DNA from: Phoronis australis
Taxonomy: Eukaryota > Animalia > Phoronida
DNA length: 64,000 nucleotides
Reading direction: 5' to 3'
Assembly (NCBI GenBank): GCA_002633005.1
Contig: NMRA01000167.1
Location: 426,460 to 490,459, forward strand
In this document: positions 38,301-50,861 of the stretch, one piece after another
How the letters are laid out: every line of letters starts with the position of its first letter
How positions within the stretch are numbered: the stretch's first letter is position 1
Position numbers and translations under genes: made by a program
Notes under the pieces: generated by a model
The model's input: the letters and a program-made list of their open reading frames with translations, nothing else
The model's database searches: none
What the model was told of the DNA's origin: nothing

Positions 38301-41300
38301 TGGTCATGAAGATATGAATTCGAAAAACCGTAGTTCATCTTGGCACAACTTTTTAATCTGATATTGTGAAGGGGGTATGTGAGATTGGGGACACTNATTT
38401 GTAGAGGGGGGAGAAATGGGGCTATAAGATGCACAAAGAATTTTTAAAATCGAAGACAAAAAGGTTTTCGACCAAAAAAACCTAGGCCTATAGTCCAGGG
38501 TTCTTTTGGGGGCCGAAAAATTTTTTGTTTCCAATTACAAAAATTCTTTTGCAGATGGACGAAGAATGCCGAGAAACTAAGGCCCACCAAGTTTGAGTTC
38601 GATTGGATCATTAATGAGGTCACACGGCAAGATCAAAGTTGAAAGACGTTATTTTGAGACCTTTTTCCCTCCTAAAATATTTTTGACCCCGATTTCAAAA
38701 CTTCTTTCATCGTTGGATAGCCTTTTACTTACTGACTCCAAAAAAGTAAGTAGCCACTTCTGGTGAGCCCTAATAAGGTCACGGTAGAGGAAGAAATTTG
38801 GAAAATTGGGGGGAGTCTGTGACGTTGACCTTAAACCTTGACCCCGCAGGAGACGGGGACCTACAAATGAGACGCATTTGAAAACTTGCTCTTAACCTTG
38901 CTTTGAAAATGTCTCGGTTTGGTAGTCTTCAGGTTATTGGTCATGAAGATATGACTTCGAAAAACCGTAGTTCATCTTGGCACAACTTTTCTGACATTGT
39001 GAAGGGGGTATGTGAGTTTGGGGCACTCCAGGGCCCTTACTAAGGCCAAGAAAAGTATGATTCCTACATTTGTAGAGAGGGAGGCAAGGGTCTATTAGCT
39101 GCACAGATTATTTTTAAAATCGAAGACAAAAAAGTTTTCGACCCAAAAAAAAACTAGGCCTATAGTCCAGGGGTATTTGGGGGCCGAAAAAATTTTTGTC
39201 TCCAATTACAAAAATTATTTCCCAGATGGACGAAGAATGCCGAGAAACTAAGGCCCACTAAGTTTGAGTTCGATTGGATCATTAATGAGGTCACACGGCA
39301 TGATCAAATTTGAAAGACGTCACTTTGAGACCTTTTTCCGCCTAAACATTTTTTGACCCCGATTTCAAAACTTCTTTCATCGTTGGATAGCCTTTTACTT
39401 ACTGACTCCAAAAAAGTAAGTCGCCACTTCTGGTGAGCCCTAATAAGGTCACGGCAGAGGATTAAAATTGGAAAATTGGGGGGGGGGAGTCTGTGACGTT
39501 GACCTTAAACCTTGACCCCGCAGGAGACAGGGACCTACCAATTAGACGCATTTGAAAACTTGCCCTTAACCTTGCTTTCGAAATGTCTCGGTTTGGTAGT
39601 CTTCAGATTATTGGTCATGAAGATATGAATTCGAAAAACCGTAGTTCATCTTGGCACAACTTTTCTGATATTGTGAAGGGGGTATGTGAGTTTGGGGCAC
39701 TCTTGCGCCCTTACTTAGGCCAAGAAAAGTATGATACCTACATTTGTAGAGGGGGGAGACAAGGGGCTATTAGATGCACAAAGAATTTTTAAAATCGAAG
39801 GCAAAAAGGTTTTGGACCAAAAAAAACTAGGCCTATAGTCCAGGATTTTGGGGGCCGAAATAATGTTTGTCTCCAATTACAAAAATTCTTTTCCAGATGG
39901 ACGAAAAATGCCGAGAAACTAAGGCCCACCAAGTTTGACTTCCATTGGATCATTAATGAGGTCACACGGCAAGATCAAAGTTGAAAGACGACATTTTGAG
40001 ACCTGTTTCCCGCGTAAAAATTTTTTGACCCCGAGTTCAAATCTTCTTTCATCGTTGGATAACATTTTACTTACTGACTCCAAAAAAGTAAGTCGCCACT
40101 TCTGGTGAGCCCTAATAAGGTCACGGCAGAGGATTAAAGTTGGAAAATTGGGGGGGAGTCTGTGATGTTGACCTTAAACCTTGACCCCGCAGCAGACAGG
40201 GACCTACAAATGAGACACATTTGACAACTTGCACTTAACCTTGCTTTGGAAATGTCTCGGTTTGGTAGTCTTCAGGTTATTGGTCATGAAGATATGACTT
40301 CGAAAAACCGTAGTTCACCTTGGCACTACTTTTCTGATATTGTGAATGGGTATGTTAGTTTGGAGCACTCCTGGGTCCTTACTAAGGCCAAGAAAAGTAT
40401 GATACCTACATTTGTAGAGGGGGGAGACAAGGGGCTATTAGATGAACAAAGAATTTTTAAAACCGAAGACAAAAAGGTTTTCGACCAAAAAAAACCTAGG
40501 CCTATAGTCCAGGGGTATTTGGGGGCCGAAAAGTTTTTGTCTCCATTTACAAAAATCCTTTCCCAGATGGACGAAGAATGTCGAGAAACTAAGGACCTCC
40601 AAGTTTGAGTTCGATTGGATCATTAATGAGGTCACACGGCAAGATCCAATTTGACAGACGTCATTTTGAGACCTTTTTCCCGCCTAAAATTTTTTTGACC
40701 CCGATTTCAAAACTTCTTTCATCGTTGGATAGCCTTTTACTTACTGACTCCAAAAAAGTATGTCGCCACTTCTGGTGAGCCCTAATAAGGTCACGTCAGA
40801 GGATTAAAGTTGGAAAATTGGGGGGAGTCTGTGACGTTGACCTTAAACTTTGACCCACCTAAAGTTTTTTTGACCCAGATTTCAAAACTTCTTTCATCGT
40901 TGGATAGCTTTTTACTTACTGACTCCAAAAACGTAAGTCGCCACTTCTGGTGAGCCCCAATAAGGTCACGCAGACGACTAAAGTTGGAAAATTGGGGGGT
41001 ATTCTGTGACGTTGACCTTAAACCTTTACCCCGCAGGAGACGGGGACCTACAAATAAGATGCATTTGAAAACTTGCCCTTAACCTTGCTTTGAAAATGTC
41101 CCGGTTTGGTAGCTTTCAGGTTATTGGTGATGAACATATGACTTCGAAAAACCGTAGTTCATCTTGGCACAACTTTTCTGACATTGTGAAGGGAGTATGT
41201 AAGTTTGGGGCACTCCTGGGCTCTTTCTAAGGCCAAGAAACGCATGATACCTACATTTGTAGAGGGGGGATACAAGGGGCTATTAGATGCACAAAGAAGG

Positions 41301-41751
41301 TTTAAAATCGAAGACAAAAAGGTTTTCGATCAAAAAAACCTAGGCCTATATAATATAGTCCAGGGATTTTTGGGGGCCGAAAAAATTTTTGTCTCCAATT
41401 ACAAAAATTCTTTCCCAGATGGACGAGGAATGCCTAGAAACTAAGGCCTACCAAGTTTGAGTTCGATTGCATCATTAATGAGGTCACACGGCAAGATCAA
41501 ATTTGAAAGACTTCATTTTGAGACATTTTTCCCGCCTAAAAAGTTTTGACCCAGATTTCAAAACTTCTTTCATCGTTGGATAGCTTTTTACTTACTGACT
41601 CCAAAAACGTAAGTCGCCACTTCTGGTGAGCCCCAATAAGGTCACGCTGACGACTAAAGTTGGAAAACTGGGGGTATTCTGTGACGTTGACCTTAAACCT
41701 TGACCCCGCAGGAGACGGGGACCTACAAATAAGATGCATTTGAAAACTTGC
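35389..41751. repeat. Satellite A (~670-bp monomer), block 1
   Basis: Anchor ACTGACTCCAAAAAAGTAAG at 35401, 36069, 36741, 37414, 38090, 38731, 39401, 40073, 40743, 40918 (internally deleted unit) and 41594. Confidence 0.98.
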
Positions 41752-41752
41752 N

Positions 41753-42433
41753 AAGACGGTGTAATTGTAAGTGTAATCAAGATATCACTCTACAGTCAAT
41801 TGTCACATTTAGAAATCTCCATGTGGACATCTTGTTATGATCAACAGAGTGACTGTGCCTTAAGTGTGCGAAATATGCACGTGCACGGTGGTACCCTTTT
41901 ATATAGAAGTCGGTCCAATTGCAAGTGACGGATCAAGACATCACTCTAAAGACAATTGTTACTTTTAAAAATCTCAAAGTCCACATCGTCTTGTGATCAA
42001 GAGACTGACTGCTACCTCACGTGTGCAAACTGCGCACGTGCACGGGAGTGCCGTTTTAGATAGAAGACGGTCTAATTGTAAGTGGCGGATCATGGCATCG
42101 CTCTACAGTCAATTGTAACTTTTAAAAATCTCAATATGGACATCATCTTATTATCAAGAGACTGACTGTACCTTCCGTGTCCGAAATGGACACGTGCACT
42201 GGGGTATCCTAGATGTTCTAATTGTAAGTGGCTTATCAAGACATCTCTTCACTCTCAATTGTAACTTTCAGAAATCTCAATGTGGACATCGTCTTGTGAT
42301 CAAGGGACTGACTACTACCTTCCGTGTGCGAAATGGGCACGTGCACGGGAGTGCCGTTTTAGATAGAAGACGGTCTAATTGTAAGTGGCGGATCAAGGCA
42401 TCGCTCTACAGTCAATTGTAACTTTCAGAAATC
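41753..42433. repeat. Satellite B (~147/156-bp monomer), block 1
   Basis: GTGCGAAATGGGCACGTGCAC...TGATCAAGAGACTGACT units; the same variants recur at 53113-53400 and 53771-54280. Confidence 0.95.
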
Positions 42434-45400
42434 TTTTTTCCCGCCTAAAATTTTCTTGACCCCGATTTCAAAACTTCTTTCATCGTTGGATAGCCTTTTA
42501 CTTACTGACTCCAAAAAAGTAAGTCGCCACTTCTGGTGAGCCCTAATAAGGTCACGGCAGAGGATTAAATTTGGAAAATTGGGGGGGAGTCTATGACGTT
42601 GACCTTAAACCTTGACCCCGCAGGAGACAGGGACCTACAAATGAGACGCATTTGAAAACTTGCCCTTAACCTTGCTTTGGAAATGTCTCGGTTTTGTAGT
42701 CTTCAGGTTATTGGTCATGAAGATATCAATTCGAAAAACCGTAGTTCATCTTGGCACAACTTTTCTGATATTGTGAAGGGGGTATGTGAGATTGGGGGCA
42801 CTCCTGGGCCATTACTAAGGCCAAGAAAAGTATGATACCTACATTTGTAGAGGGGGGAGAAGTTGGGATATAAGATGCACAAAAAATTTTTAAAATCGAA
42901 GACAAAAAGGTTTTCGACCAAAAAAACCTAGGCCTTTTTGGGAGCCGAAAAAATTTTTGTCTCCAAGTACAAAAATTCTTTCCCAGATGTACGAAAAATG
43001 CCGAGAAACTAAGGCCCACCAAGTTTGAATTCGATTGGATCATTAATGAGGTCACACGGCAAGATCAAAGTTGAAAGACGTCATTTTGTGACGTTTTTCC
43101 AGCCTAAAATTTTTTTGACCCGGATTTCAAAACTTCTTTCATCGTTGGATAGCCTTTTACTTACTGACTCCAAAAAAGTAAGTCGCCACTTCTGGTGAGC
43201 CCTAATAAGGTCACGGCAGAGGATTAAATTTGGAAAATTGTGGGGGAGTCTCTGACGTTGACCTTAAAGCTTGACCCCGCAGGAGACAGGGACCTACAAA
43301 TGAGACGCATTTGAAAACTTACCCTTAACCTTGCTTTGGAAATGTCTCGGTTTGGTAGTCTTCAGGTTATTGATCATGAAGATATGACTTGGAAAACCGT
43401 AGTTCATTTTGGCACATCTTTTCTGATATTTTGAATGGGGTATGTGAGTTTGGGGCACTCCTGGGCCCTTACTAAAGCCAAGAAAATTATGATACCTACA
43501 TTTGTAGAGGGAGGAGACAAGGGGCTAATAGATGCACAAAGAATTTTAAAAATCGAAGACAAAAAGGTTTTCGACCAAAAAAAACCTAGGCCTATAGTCC
43601 AGGGTTTTTTTGGGGCCGAAAAAATTTTTGTCTCCAATTACAAAAATTCTTTCGCAGTTGTACGAAGAATGCCGAGAAACTAAGGCCCCCCAAGTTTGAG
43701 TTTGATTGGATCATTAATGAGGTCACACGTAAAGATCAAAGTTGAAAGACGTCATTTCGAGACCTTTTTCCCGCCTAAAAGTTTCTTGACCCCGATTTCA
43801 AAACTTCTTTCATCGTTGGATAGCCTTTTACTTACTGACTCCAAAAAAGTAAGTCGCCACTTCTGGTGAGACCTAATAAGGTCACGGCAGAGGATTAAAG
43901 TTGGAAAATTGTGGGGGAGTCTGTGACGTTGACCTTAAACCTTGACCCCGAAGGAGACAGGGAAGTACAAATGAGACGCATTTGAAAACTTGCCCTTAAC
44001 CTTGCTTTCGAATTGTCACGGTTTGGTAGTCTTCAGGTTATTGGTCATGAAGATATGACTTCGAAAACCCGTTGTTCATCTTGGCACAACTTTTCTGATA
44101 TTTTGAATGGGGTATGTGAGTTTTGGGCTCTTCTGGGCCCTTACTAAGGCCAAGAAAAGTATGATACGTACATTTGTAGAGGGGGGAGACAAGGGGCTAT
44201 TAGATGCACAAAGAATTTTTAAAATCGAAGACAAAAAGGTTTTCGACCAAAAAAAAATCTAACCCTATAGTCCAGGGGGTTTTGGGGGCCGAAAAAATGT
44301 TTGTCTCCCAATACAAAAATTCTTTCCCAAATGGACGAAGAATGCCGAGAAACTAAGGCCCACCAAGTTTGAGTTCGATTGGATAATTAATGAGGTCACA
44401 CGGCAAGATCAAATTTGAAAGACATCATTTTGAGACCTTTTTCCCGCGTAAAATTTTCTTGACCCCGATTTCAAAACTTCCTTCATCGTTGGATAGCCTT
44501 TTACTTACTGACTCCAAAAAAGTAAGTCGCCACTTCTGGTGAGCCCTAATAAGGTCACGGCAGAGGATTAAATTTGGAAAATTGTGGGGGAGTCTCTGAC
44601 GTTGACCTTAAAGCTTGACCCCGCAAGAGACAGGGACCTACAAATGAGACGCATTTGAAAACTTACCCTTAACCTTGCTTTGGAAATGTCTCGGTTTGGT
44701 AGTCTTCAGGTTATTGGTCATGAAGATATGACTTGGAAAACCGTAGTTCATTTTGGCACAACTTTTCTGATATTTTGAATGGGGTATGTGAGTTTGGGGC
44801 ACTCCTGGGCCCTTACTAAAGCCAAGAAAATTATGATACCTACATTTGTAGAGGGGGGAGACAAAGGGCTAATAGAAGCACAAAGAATTTTAAAAATCGA
44901 AGACAAAAAGGTTTTCGACCAAAAAAAAAACCTAGGCCTATAGTCCAGGGTTTTTTTGGGCCGAAAAATTTGTTGTCTCCAATTACAAAAATTCTTTCGC
45001 AGATGGACGAAGAATGCCGAGAAACTAAGGCCCCCCAAGTTTGAGTTCGATTGGATCATTAATGAGGTCACACGGAAAGATCAAAGTTGAAAGACGTCAT
45101 TTCGAGACCTTTTTCCCGCCTAAAAGTTTCTTGACCCCGATTTCAAAACTTCTTTCATCGTTGGATAGCCTTTTACTTACTGACTCCAAAAAACTAAGTC
45201 GCCACTTCTGGTGAGCCCTAATAAGGTAACGGCAGAGGATCAAAATTGGAAAATTTTGGGGGAGTCTGTGACGTTGACCTTAAACATTGACCCCGCAGGA
45301 GACAGGGACCTACAATTTAGACGCATTTGAAAACTTGCCCTTAACCTTGCTTTGGAAATGTCTCGGTTTGGTAGTCTTCAGGTTATTGGTCATGAAGATA

Positions 45401-47213
45401 TCAATTGGAAAAACCGTAGTTCATCTTGGCACAACTTTTCAATCTGATATTGTGAAGGGGGTATGTGATATTGGGGGCACTCCTGGGCCATTAATAAAAA
45501 AAATAATTACAGGCGGTCTGATACACGTTGTACCAGACGTGCGCAAGCCTCGCATGCGGGCCCATTGCACTGATCACCTGGAAATATTTTTATGCTTTAT
45601 TAATATGTGGGTAAAACCGAGCTAAGGAGCTAGAAACCTGGCTCAAGGGTTTAGCAGTGTGACCTGGTGGGACTTGAACCCACGACCTCGAGTTAAGAAA
45701 GCGAGCACTTATCAACCAGGCCACACTGCCTCCTCTCCTGGGCCATTACTAAGGCCAAGAAAAGTATGATACTACATTTGTAGAGGGGGGAGAAAAGGGG
45801 CTATAAGATGCACAATGAATTTTTAAAATCGAAGACAAAAAGGTTTTCGACCAAAAAAAACCTAGGCCTATAGTCCAGGGGTTTTTGGGAGCCGAAAAGT
45901 TTTTTGTTTCCAATTACAAAAATTCTTTCCCAGATGGACGAAGAATGCCGAGAAACTAAGGCCCACCAAGTTTGAGTTCGATTGGATCATTAATGAGGTC
46001 ACACGGCAAGAACGAATTTGAAAGACGTCATTTTGAGACCTTTTTCCCGCCTAAAATTTTTTGACTCCGATTTCAAAACTTCTTTAATCGTTGGATAGCC
46101 TTTTACTTACTGACTCCAAAAAAGTAGGTCACCACTTTTGGTGAGCCCTAATAAGGTCACGGCAGAGGATTAAAGTTGGAAAATTGAGGGGGAGTCTGTG
46201 ACGTTGACCTTAAAACTTGACCCCGCATGAGACAGGGACCTACAAATGAGACGCATTTGAAAACTTTCCCTTAACCTTGCTTTGGAAAAGTCTCGGTTTG
46301 GTAGTCTTCAGGTTATTGGTCATGAAGATATGACTTCGAAAAACCGTAGTTCATCTTGGCACAACTTTTCTGATGTTGAGAAGGGGGTATGTGAGTTTGG
46401 GGCACTCCTGGGCCCTTACTAAGGCCAAAAAAAGTATGATACATACATTTGTAGAGGGGGGAGACAAGGGGCTATTAGATGCACAAAGAATTTTAAAAAT
46501 CGAAGACAAAAAGGTTTTCGACCAAAAAAATCCTAGGCCTATAGTCCAAGGTTTTTTGGGGGCCGAAAAATTTTTTGTCTCCAATTATAAAAATTCTTTC
46601 CCAGATGGAAGAACGAGGCCGATAAACTAAGGCCCACCAAGTTTGAGTTCGATTGGATCATTAATGAGGTCACACGGCATGATCAAATTTGAAAGACGTC
46701 ATTTTGAGACCTTTTTCCGCCTAAACATTTTTTGACCCCGATTTCAAAACTTCTTTCATCATTGGATAACCTTTTACTTACTGATTCCAAAAAAGTAAGT
46801 CGCCACTTCTGGTGAGACCTAATAAGGTCAGGGCAGAGGATTAAAGTTGGAAAATTGAGGGGGAGTCTGTGACGTTGACCTTAAACCTTGACCCCGCAGG
46901 AGACAGGGACCTACAAATGAGACGCCTTTGAATACTTGCCCTTAACCTTACTTTGGAAATGTCTCGGTTTGGTAGTCTTCAGGTTATTGGTCATGAAGAT
47001 ATGACTTTGAAAAACCGTAGTTCATCTTGGCACAACTTTTCTGATATTGTGAGGGGGTATGTGAGTTTGGGGCACTCCTGGGCCCTTACTAAGACCAAGA
47101 AAAGTATGATACCTACATTTGGAGAGGGGGGAGACAAGGGGCTATTAGATGCACAAAGAATTTTTAAAATCGAAGACAAAAAGGTTTTGGACCAAAAAAA
47201 ACCTAGGCCTATA
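42434..47213. repeat. Satellite A (~670-bp monomer), block 2
   Basis: Anchors at 42504, 43163, 43834, 44507, 45179, 46109 and 46780; a further partial unit at 47554-47729. Confidence 0.98.
45494..45734 (-). mobile_element. tRNA-derived SINE, 241 bp, inserted in satellite A
   Basis: 14-bp TSD CTCCTGGGCCATTA (45480-45493, 45735-45748); A-box-like TGGCCTGGTTG and B-box GGTTCAAGTCC; 3' stem-loop and T-rich tail. Confidence 0.92.
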
Positions 47214-48074
47214 CATGTAAGTGGAACTTGCAACGAAGTCGGAAGCGAGGCCGACCTTAGCAATTTTTTTAAAGAACTGTGACATTTGAAGACTTCTTTA
47301 AGTGGCCAGAGGCGTAAGTGAATAATATTAGCAAGTATGCAGACGATCTATGGATATATACACAAAACGTACCGAGAGGGGCGTACATGAAGTAATATCC
47401 CACGAGACGATGTTACCGCATGTCGAGTGTTAGTTACACTGCTGCAACTGTATTACTTTAAACTATATTCGGAAAATTTGATGATCGAACCGACTGAAGA
47501 CGTCGAGTAGACATTGACCTACCTTTTAAACTTTCCATTGCCATGTCAGAGGNCTGATATTGTGAAGGGGGTATGTGAGTTTGGGGCACTACTGGGCCCT
47601 TACTAAGGCCAAGAAAAGTATGATACCTACATTTGTAGAGGGGGGAGACAAGGGGCTAATAGATGCACAAAGAATTTTTAAAATCGAAGACAAAAAGGTT
47701 TTCGACCAAAAAAAAAACCTAGGCCTATACATGTAAGTGGAACCTGCAACGAAGTCGGAAGCGAGGCAGACCTTAGCAATTTTTTTAAAGAACTGTGACA
47801 TTTGAAGACTTCTTTAAGTGGCCAGAGGCGTAAGTGAATAATATTAGCAAGTATGCAGACGATCTATGGATATACATGTATACACAAAACGTACCGAGAG
47901 GGGCGTACATGAAGTAATATCCCACGAGACGATGTTACCGCATGTCGAGTGTTAGTTACACTGCTGCAACTGTATTACTTTAAACTATATTCGGAAAGTT
48001 TGATGATCGAACCGACTGAAGACGTCGAGTAGACATTGACCTACCTTTTAAACTTTCCATTGCCATGTCAGAGG
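47041..48074. other. ~515-bp near-identical duplication either side of N at 47553 (probable assembly overlap of two haplotypes)
   Basis: 47041-47552 matches 47554-48074 with a few substitutions and one small indel, meeting exactly at the N. Confidence 0.75.
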
Positions 48075-49616
48075 TCACTGTTGAAGTAGTGCGGGAGGTG
48101 AATTCGAAAAACTTTATTGCATGGCCGTATTTCCCTCGACAGATTCAACGCGTATGGGATAAATTTCCAAGTCTTTTCTATACTGCGTGAGATGTTTAGA
48201 TATTCAGTCATGTGCGATGACACTGCAAATTGAAAATTTCTGTCATTCTTTTCTTCGGTAAAAGTCGTCTATCAAAAATCAAACGACGTCTGAAAGAAAC
48301 CTTCATATTTTACTGAATTTCGGTTACCGAGTCCGTGAAAAATACCATTATTTCTGGCCTTTAGAAAGTTAAATATTAAGTTATTGCAAAATGTCTTTAC
48401 GTCTTGTTTCACTGCACTTCATGGTAGATTATTGTGGCATTTTTACAAGAATGTTCATCTCTGAAACCCATGCATTCGGTTTTAGTTTCCACTTGCATAT
48501 TTGATAAAAATTTTGAAGCATATAACAAAATTCATTTTTTTAAAGTTCATGACGCAATTCAATATTCTTAACGTCACCGTTTTCGACGTTGCTAAGTAAC
48601 ATATTGCGTCATCCTTTGTTCTTTCCATTTGTTTTTAGCAACTATTCACATAACAACTTAGACCACCAAGCTGCCAAGACGTGTTTGGTGATAGCTCCGT
48701 TTCATGTGATTCGAGATGCGCATGCTCAGCTGACGTGTCGTTACCTGGACGACGCCTTCCTCTAAGCGCAGGTAAGCAAATAATGGTCTTGTTGGACAGT
48801 GTTCATGTTTTGATTAGTGTCACAAAGATTTATCTATAGTCCATAGCATCCAGACTATAGGTTCTTTGTGTACTACAACTGAACTTTACTGTTGGACATA
48901 CTTGTATTTTTGTAGATCTCCTCTGGGCGAAAGCTTTCAATTGCAGAGAGTCGACTAACGAAGGAGAAGCTACCCAGCTTTCCTAAGGCTACACTGATAA
49001 AGTTCCACTCGCCCGCTGGAGTCTGTCTGAGGGTGATAGAGCACTCGAGATAAAGAATAAACCATCCACTCCGTCTCGTACCGCCCGGCTCTAGAACCTA
49101 CATCGGAGAGGAACGGAAGTTACGAACAAAAAGTACACGTGATATATCATCAGCTGAACTGTTACATGAAGGTATTTCACTTGTCGAATCAACCACTACA
49201 AAGAAACAAAATTGATACCTTTACCATTGGTCATCGGATGAAACGGAAGAATGACCCCCAGAGGTCTTCGCAAGTTTCTACTCCCCGAACCATCCTTATA
49301 AGCACACCATTGGGTTAGGCCCACCAGAATACATCCAAGAAACCAATCACGGTCGATGTGGATAATGTGTATGACGCACACTCGTAGTTCTGTACCTGTG
49401 CAGTAGACGTGTGACGTCATTGTTAATATTGGTGAGAGTCAGCAGAACACTGTTAATGGCCAAATGTAAATTCAATTCACACTTCATCTTCACATATATG
49501 GTTACCGCTAAACAACAGGACGTTGCAAATCCGTGATTCTCGACCATTCAACAGTTGCATCAACAGGCCTACTGTGGTTAAATGCTTGGTAGATAATCAA
49601 AGTTGGTGGTTTAAGA

Positions 49617-50480
49617 ACATAGTCTTATGATCAAGAGACTGACTGTTACCTTCCTTGTGTGAAATAGGCACCACGTGCACGGGGGTACCTTTTTAGACAG
49701 AAGACGGTCTAGTTGTAAGTGGCGGATCAAGACATCACTATACAGACAATTGTAACTTTTAGAAATCTCAATGTGGACATCGTCTTCTGACCAAACATCA
49801 CTCTAGAGTCAATTGTAACTTTTAGAAATCTCAATGTGGACATCGTCTAATGATCAAGAGACTGACTNCCTCCCGTGTGCGAAATGGGCGCGTGCATGGG
49901 GGTACACTTGTAGACAGGAGACGGTCTAATTGTAAGTGGCGGATCAAGACATCATTATACAGACAATTGTAACTTTTAGAAATCTCAATATGGACATCGT
50001 CTTCTGATCAAACATCACTCTAGAGTCAATTGTAACTTTTAGAAATCTCAATGTGGACATCGTCTAATGATCAAGAGACTGACTGTACCTTCCGTGTGCG
50101 AAATGGGCACGTGCATAGGGGTACACTTTTAGACAGAAGACGGTCTAATTGAAAGTGGCGAGTTAAGACATCTCTCCACAGTCAATTGTAACTTTTAGAA
50201 ATCTCAATGATGACATCGTCTTATGATCAAAAGACTGACGGCTACCTCACGTGTGCGAACTGGACACGTGCACGGGGTAACCATTTAGACAGAGGACGGT
50301 CTAACTGTAAGTGGCTGATCAAGACATCACTCTGCTATCAATTGTAACTTTAAGAAATATCAATGTGGACATCTTCATATGATCAAGAGACTGACTATAC
50401 CTTGCGTGTGCGAAATGGGCACGTGCACTGGGGTACCCTAGATGTTCTAATTGTAAGTGGCGGATCAAGTCATCACTCTA
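49617..50480. repeat. Satellite B, block 2
   Basis: Same monomer; two units carry an internal ~56-bp duplication; N at 49868. Confidence 0.95.
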
Positions 50481-50481
50481 N

Positions 50482-50585
50482 GCACGTCAAAGGGTTTTGG
50501 AGACAGAGCAACGGACGCCAAACGGACCGACGGGGATGACGGCATAATGTGTCCACATATAAATATGTGGGCGCATAATAAATAC
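50482..50585 (+). mobile_element. Helentron/DINE-like non-autonomous element terminus (putative)
   Basis: ACGGACG/GACGG-type motifs, then hairpin CCACATAT-AA-ATATGTGG (50553-50570) and an A-rich end, the usual order at Helentron-associated element ends. Confidence 0.5.
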
Positions 50586-50861
50586 ACTTGCTAAATTTAG
50601 TAAAGATCCTGCAAACGGTTTAGGAGATATAGCCATGGGCGCAAAAAATGCCACTAGGAGGCGCCACAGTAGTCGAAGTCATCGGAAAATCATCGTCAGC
50701 TGCCCTCGTCGTAGTAACAGCCAATAGCGGATTTGCAGCACAAACGAACTACGCATTGCGCATGTGCGAGTTACTTCCTGCGCGAAGGCTCATGGGATAG
50801 CTTGTGGTCAGGCATGTCTTGAGCAGGCTGGATAGTGTCTGCATTTGGAGTGATTTGCAAA

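Noticed and set aside
45655-45734. tRNA-like sequence as a genuine tRNA gene
   Set aside because: It is the head of a TSD-flanked SINE and lacks canonical tRNA stems.
48700-49175. Exon-like signals (GCAG|GTAAG at about 48771, acceptor at about 48915) between the satellites
   Set aside because: The frame I followed contains stops and no family is recognisable.
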